DNA of 64,000 nucleotides from Candidatus Daviesbacteria bacterium (GTDB lineage Bacteria > Patescibacteriota > Microgenomatia > Daviesbacterales > UBA10151), in NCBI GenBank assembly GCA_028712705.1, contig JAQTPP010000001.1, forward strand, positions 17,521 to 81,520. The letters run 5' to 3'. Every line of letters begins with the position of its first letter. The stretch's first letter is position 1. Of the stretch, positions 60,088 to 64,000 are shown in pieces. The notes beneath the pieces were generated by a model. That model worked only from the letters and a program-made list of their open reading frames with translations, had not been told where the DNA came from and ran no database searches. The position numbers and the translations under genes are program-made.

Positions 60088-61400
60088 GCATGAGGTCAAG
60101 ATATTTGCTTTGGATTATTGTCATTCTCCTTTTCTTTGCTGTTTTGATAGATCTTCCGGTTTCACCGACGATTAAAATACTAAATAAAAATTTGACTATT
60201 AATTTTCCCCTTAAACTGGGATTGGATCTGCAAGGCGGAACGGAAGTTATTTTGGAAACTCAGATGGATAAGATTGATCCCCAAAACAAAGACAGCGCTT
60301 TAGAATCGGCAAAAAACGTTATAGAAAGAAGAGTCAATTTATACGGTGTTTCAGAAGCTGTGGTGCAAACATCTAAACTGGGGGAGCAAAGAAGAATTTT
60401 GGTGGAACTGCCCGGATTAAAAGATGCTTCCGCTGCTGCTAATTTGGTGGGGAAAACAGCTCAATTGGATTTTCGGGAATTGCCCGCTAGCTTGTCTGCC
60501 CAGGAAATTGAAGCTACTAAATCAGGTATGCCGATACTAGCTTTTGCCAAACAGACCGGTTTAACCGGTGCTGATTTAAAGAAAGCTCAGGTTACTTTTG
60601 GAGGAAATCTAGGAGCAAAGAGTGGACCGCAAGTAGCAATTGAATTTACTACCGAGGGTGCTAAGAAATTTGCGGAAATCACCAGAAGGAATATAAATAG
60701 ACCCTTAGCTATATTCTTGGATAATGAACTTATTTCTGCCCCGAATGTTTCTCAAGAGATTGATGGAGGGAATGCCGTTATTACCGGACAATTTACAACT
60801 GAAGAGGCTAAAGATTTGGCTATTGAACTTAATGCCGGCGCGCTGCCTGTACCCATAAAATTAATCAGCCAGCATTTTGTCGGTCCCACGCTTGGTCAGG
60901 AATCAATTAATAAAAGTGTTGTTGCAGGAGTTATAGGACTTATGGTGGTTAGTCTATATATGGGAGCTTTTTATGGCACTTTAGGACTGGTTGCTGACGG
61001 CGCTTTAGTTATTTATGCACTTTTAGTGCTGGCAATTTTTAAGACCGGTTTTTTTATTCCGCAATTACAATTTACTCTGACTTTGGCAGGAATTGCCGGA
61101 TTTATATTATCAATTGGAATGGCGGTTGATGCCAACATTTTAATTTTCGAAAGAATGAAGGAGGAAATTCGTTGGGGGAAAACTAAACAGGTAGCTCTGG
61201 AGCTAGGATTTAAAAGAGCTTGGTCTTCAATTTGGGCGTCAAATGTTTCCTCGCTTTTGACCGCTATTATTCTTTATGGGATGGGGACGTCTTTGATCCG
61301 GGGCTTTGCCATAACTTTGGCAATTGGGGTTTTGGTTTCCATGTTTACAGCAGTTGTGGTGACCAGGACTTTTTTGAGATATTTAATACGAGATAAGTAA
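60084..61400 (+). CDS. secD: Protein translocase subunit SecD
   Basis: 'LGLDLQGG' SecD signature; periplasmic domain + 6 TM. Confidence 0.85.
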   Translation: MSMRSRYLLWIIVILLFFAVLIDLPVSPTIKILNKNLTINFPLKLGLDLQGGTEVILETQMDKIDPQNKDSALESAKNVIERRVNLYGVSEAVVQTSKLGEQRRILVELPGLKDASAAANLVGKTAQLDFRELPASLSAQEIEATKSGMPILAFAKQTGLTGADLKKAQVTFGGNLGAKSGPQVAIEFTTEGAKKFAEITRRNINRPLAIFLDNELISAPNVSQEIDGGNAVITGQFTTEEAKDLAIELNAGALPVPIKLISQHFVGPTLGQESINKSVVAGVIGLMVVSLYMGAFYGTLGLVADGALVIYALLVLAIFKTGFFIPQLQFTLTLAGIAGFILSIGMAVDANILIFERMKEEIRWGKTKQVALELGFKRAWSSIWASNVSSLLTAIILYGMGTSLIRGFAITLAIGVLVSMFTAVVVTRTFLRYLIRDK

Positions 61401-61401
61401 A

Positions 61402-62274
61402 ATGAACTTTACAAGTACGAGCCCGCATTATGAATATTTACGAAAAAAATGGACTGGTCGCCATCGCGCAATCCAAAATAAATTCTGGGAAAAACATAGT
61501 GAATCTTTGAAACATTTAGCGTTAGGTTCACTCGGAGGATTGATGTTGCTGGCTGCACCCCATCAGCCGCAATTGCTATCACAAAATTTAATCGTAAGCA
61601 GTAAAAGCGCACTTAAAGGTTTTGACCGGAATGTCCTACTTGCCAAAGTTTTATCTGATAATGTACCTCCGGAGGTTAGGTCGCTTTCCTCGCTAGAGGA
61701 AAAAAATATTACCGATATTTTATCTCGTAATCTTGGTTTTAAAGTAGTAGCGCAGCTTAATAATATAAGATTAAACAGGAATTATGGTTTAATAGGAGGA
61801 GAGCAGCATTTATACCGTTATCCGGGTGATAACTTATATGCTCATGCAGATGCCACATCTGATTGGGCGAATTATGGTGATGCAGGAATCGCTCCGGGAT
61901 TAGGCGCCTGGGGTTATTTCGCACCCTCAAAGGCAAGTTTTACGGAGACGGATAAACAGGAAGAACGTTATTATCTGGCAATACAAACATTCCTGGCTCC
62001 GGGTTTTGCGGAAAATTTTGCCAGATACAGAGATTTTTTTAAATTTAGAAAAATGCTGGTGGTAAATCCGAAGACCGGCCAGGCAGTTGTGGCAGTTATT
62101 GGTGATGCCGGTCCGGCAGAATGGACGGGTAAACATTTGGGAGGATCGCCAGAAGTAATGAATGCAATAGGTTTGGCAACCGGATCAAGAAAAGGCCCGG
62201 TATTGTATTTTTTTATAGACGATCCGGAGAATGAGCTGCCTTTAGGACCGGTTAGCGTCAGGAGCGAAGCATGA
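61402..62274 (+). CDS. Secreted protein with RlpA-like double-psi beta-barrel (DPBB) domain, inserted between secD and secF
   Basis: signal/TM 'LALGSLGGLMLLAAP'; 'KMLVVNPKTGQAVVAVIGDAGPAEWTGKHLGGSPEVMNAIGL' resembles RlpA DPBB 'VtNlaNGrsvvVRvnDRGP...iDLSraAaraLG'. Confidence 0.35.
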   Translation: MNFTSTSPHYEYLRKKWTGRHRAIQNKFWEKHSESLKHLALGSLGGLMLLAAPHQPQLLSQNLIVSSKSALKGFDRNVLLAKVLSDNVPPEVRSLSSLEEKNITDILSRNLGFKVVAQLNNIRLNRNYGLIGGEQHLYRYPGDNLYAHADATSDWANYGDAGIAPGLGAWGYFAPSKASFTETDKQEERYYLAIQTFLAPGFAENFARYRDFFKFRKMLVVNPKTGQAVVAVIGDAGPAEWTGKHLGGSPEVMNAIGLATGSRKGPVLYFFIDDPENELPLGPVSVRSEA

Positions 62275-62603
62275 CTAGAACTTTTTTCTACAGCCATTTA
62301 ATTGAGATAGAATCTTTGATTGTCGAACTAGATCAGTTGGATTTATCCCAAGAACAAAAAGCTCATTTGATAGGTTTGATAGACTCCAGTTTGCATCATA
62401 CGATTTTAGATGCTGTCTTCTCTGAACTTTCGCCACAAGATAAAAAGATTTTTATAAATCATCTCAAAGAAGACGACCATATTAAAATCTGGAAGTTTTT
62501 AAATGAAAAAGTTGATAGCGTTGAAGAGAAAATTAAAAAAACAGCGGACGATCTTAAAAACGAACTTCACAAAGATTTAAAAGAAGCCAAGAAGCATAAA
62601 TGA
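62271..62603 (+). CDS. Hypothetical small alpha-helical protein (110 aa)
   Basis: translationally coupled (overlaps) both neighbours; no recognisable motif. Confidence 0.3.
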   Translation: MTRTFFYSHLIEIESLIVELDQLDLSQEQKAHLIGLIDSSLHHTILDAVFSELSPQDKKIFINHLKEDDHIKIWKFLNEKVDSVEEKIKKTADDLKNELHKDLKEAKKHK

Positions 62604-63487
62604 AAAATTTAATGCGGTTTAAATTATTATATTTTATTTTTTCATTACTTCTAATTTTGCCGGGGTTATATTTTTTAATTACTTCCGGACTCAGATTAGG
62701 AATAGATTTTACAGGAGGAGCTTTGCTTGAATATCAATTTGAAAAAAGTATAGACCCAAATGATTTGAAACAACAGATCTCTTCCCAAGGCATTGAGGTC
62801 GGTCAAATTAATTCATCTTCAAATAATATTTATATAATTCGTACAAAGTCGGTAGATCAAAGCAAAATAAACCAACTTAAATTATCTTTGGGTGAAAAAT
62901 TTGGTCAGGTAGAAGAACGCAGAGTAGAGTTTGTGGGGCCGGTTGTCGGAGCTGAACTTAGTCAAAAAGCATTCATTGCAGTGGCGCTAGCATCTTTGGT
63001 AATTGTTTTATACATAGCTTTTTCTTTTAGAAAAATACCCAGACCGCAATCTTCGTGGAGATTTGGCATTACTGCAGTTGTGGCACTGATCCACGATATA
63101 TTGATAGTTGTGGGACTTTTTGCAATGCTAGGAAAATTTCTTGGGGTGGAAATTGATACTCTTTCCGTGACAGCACTTCTCACGGTCATTGGTTTTTCCG
63201 TACACGATACTATTGTTGTTTTTGACAGGATAAGAGAAAATTTGACTAAACATATCGGCAAAAAATTCATCGATATTGCTAATTTGTCAGTTATTCAGAC
63301 TTTAGACAGGTCTTTAAACACCTCTTTGACAGTAGTCTTTGTATTGTTGGCAATGCTTTTATTTGGCGGAGAAACCCTAAGATGGTTTGTGTTAACACTA
63401 TTGGTTGGCATCGTTTCCGGTACTTATTCTTCAATCTTTAATGCCACAGCAATGCTTGTTTGGTGGGAAGAAAAATTAGGTCATTAA
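62600..63487 (+). CDS. secF: Protein translocase subunit SecF
   Basis: 'LGIDFTGG' SecF signature; 6 TM. Confidence 0.85.
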   Translation: MKNLMRFKLLYFIFSLLLILPGLYFLITSGLRLGIDFTGGALLEYQFEKSIDPNDLKQQISSQGIEVGQINSSSNNIYIIRTKSVDQSKINQLKLSLGEKFGQVEERRVEFVGPVVGAELSQKAFIAVALASLVIVLYIAFSFRKIPRPQSSWRFGITAVVALIHDILIVVGLFAMLGKFLGVEIDTLSVTALLTVIGFSVHDTIVVFDRIRENLTKHIGKKFIDIANLSVIQTLDRSLNTSLTVVFVLLAMLLFGGETLRWFVLTLLVGIVSGTYSSIFNATAMLVWWEEKLGH

Positions 63488-63488
63488 G

Positions 63489-64000
63489 TTACTTAAGCGA
63501 CTTAAGTTTTTTAAGTAAATAGTCTCGTTTATTTTTACTTGAATTCTCCAGCACTTCTTCAAAAAGTTTTTGTAAGATTTCACCAACTTTTGGGCCGGGT
63601 TTTAAATTAAGTTCTTTCATTACATCATTACCATTAACTTTCAGATCAGTTATAGAAAATGGTTTTTTGAGAACTTCTTTTATTCTTTTTTGAAATTCCT
63701 CCATTCTCCAGGAAACAGCTTTTTGGGTCCCGCCTCCCAAGCGATCTCCAATCCGTAACGCTATCATATCCTCAATGTTTTCTATTCCGACATTTTTAAT
63801 AAATCTTCTTATTGCAGAATCTGTCTGTTGTTCGTCTACTGTAAATAAATGCCACCTGATTAGCCGGTATAATTTATCAGTTTGTTTATTTGACAAATTA
63901 AATCTTTTGGCAATTTCCAAAACTAACTTGCCGCCAACAACATCGTGATTGTAAAAAGTAACATTTCCATCAGGTTCTATTTTAACTGTTTTAGTTTTCC
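63489..64000 (-). CDS. C-terminal part of a CCA-adding enzyme / poly(A) polymerase-family protein (3' region; gene continues beyond window end)
   Basis: 'LRIGDRLGGGTQKAVSWRMEEF' and helical tail typical of tRNA-NT C-terminal region; ORF open to position 64000. Confidence 0.35.
   Translation of the reverse strand, partial: KTKTVKIEPDGNVTFYNHDVVGGKLVLEIAKRFNLSNKQTDKLYRLIRWHLFTVDEQQTDSAIRRFIKNVGIENIEDMIALRIGDRLGGGTQKAVSWRMEEFQKRIKEVLKKPFSITDLKVNGNDVMKELNLKPGPKVGEILQKLFEEVLENSSKNKRDYLLKKLKSLK

Overview
AT-rich (~38% GC), gene-dense bacterial window read with the standard genetic code; infA and rpsC terminate with TGA. At its core is a near-complete transcription/translation supercluster on the + strand: rpoB-rpoC-rpsL-rpsG-[mini GreA-like]-fusA-tuf-rpsJ-[membrane protein]-rplC-rplD-rplW-rplB-rpsS-rplV-rpsC-rplP-rpmC-rpsQ-rplN-rplX-rplE-rpsN(Z)-rpsH-rplF-rplR-rpsE-rplO-secY-adk-map-infA-rpmJ-rpsM-rpsK-rpsD-rpoA-rplQ-rplM-rpsI. 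Upstream lie ftsK (5' partial), tsaC, a RodZ-like protein, a HicAB toxin-antitoxin pair, a short alaS, an actin-like-domain membrane protein plus sortase, ruvX, mltG, a stand-alone riboflavin kinase and a Fic protein. Downstream lie pgm/pmm, a SAM-riboswitch-like leader with metK, acyP, an EEP hydrolase, tRNA-Pro(GGG), recA-recX-rny-hup, a kinase plus three GT-C membrane glycosyltransferases, miaA, an AI-2E permease, a reduced RNase P RNA (antisense to a track ORF), comM/yifB, DUF4446/DUF3048 genes and secD...secF split by two inserted genes; a CCA-enzyme-like gene runs off the 3' end. Several traits fit a reduced-genome, CPR/Patescibacteria-like organism (inference): L30 is absent, many r-proteins carry tails, RNase P RNA is small, RNase Y has no TM anchor and AlaRS lacks C-Ala. 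The most unusual content is non-coding: two dispersed repeat families (one copy inside the rplD N-terminal extension), a duplicated SD-sequestering leader before rplP and rpsH, and an S-box-like attenuator fused to metK.
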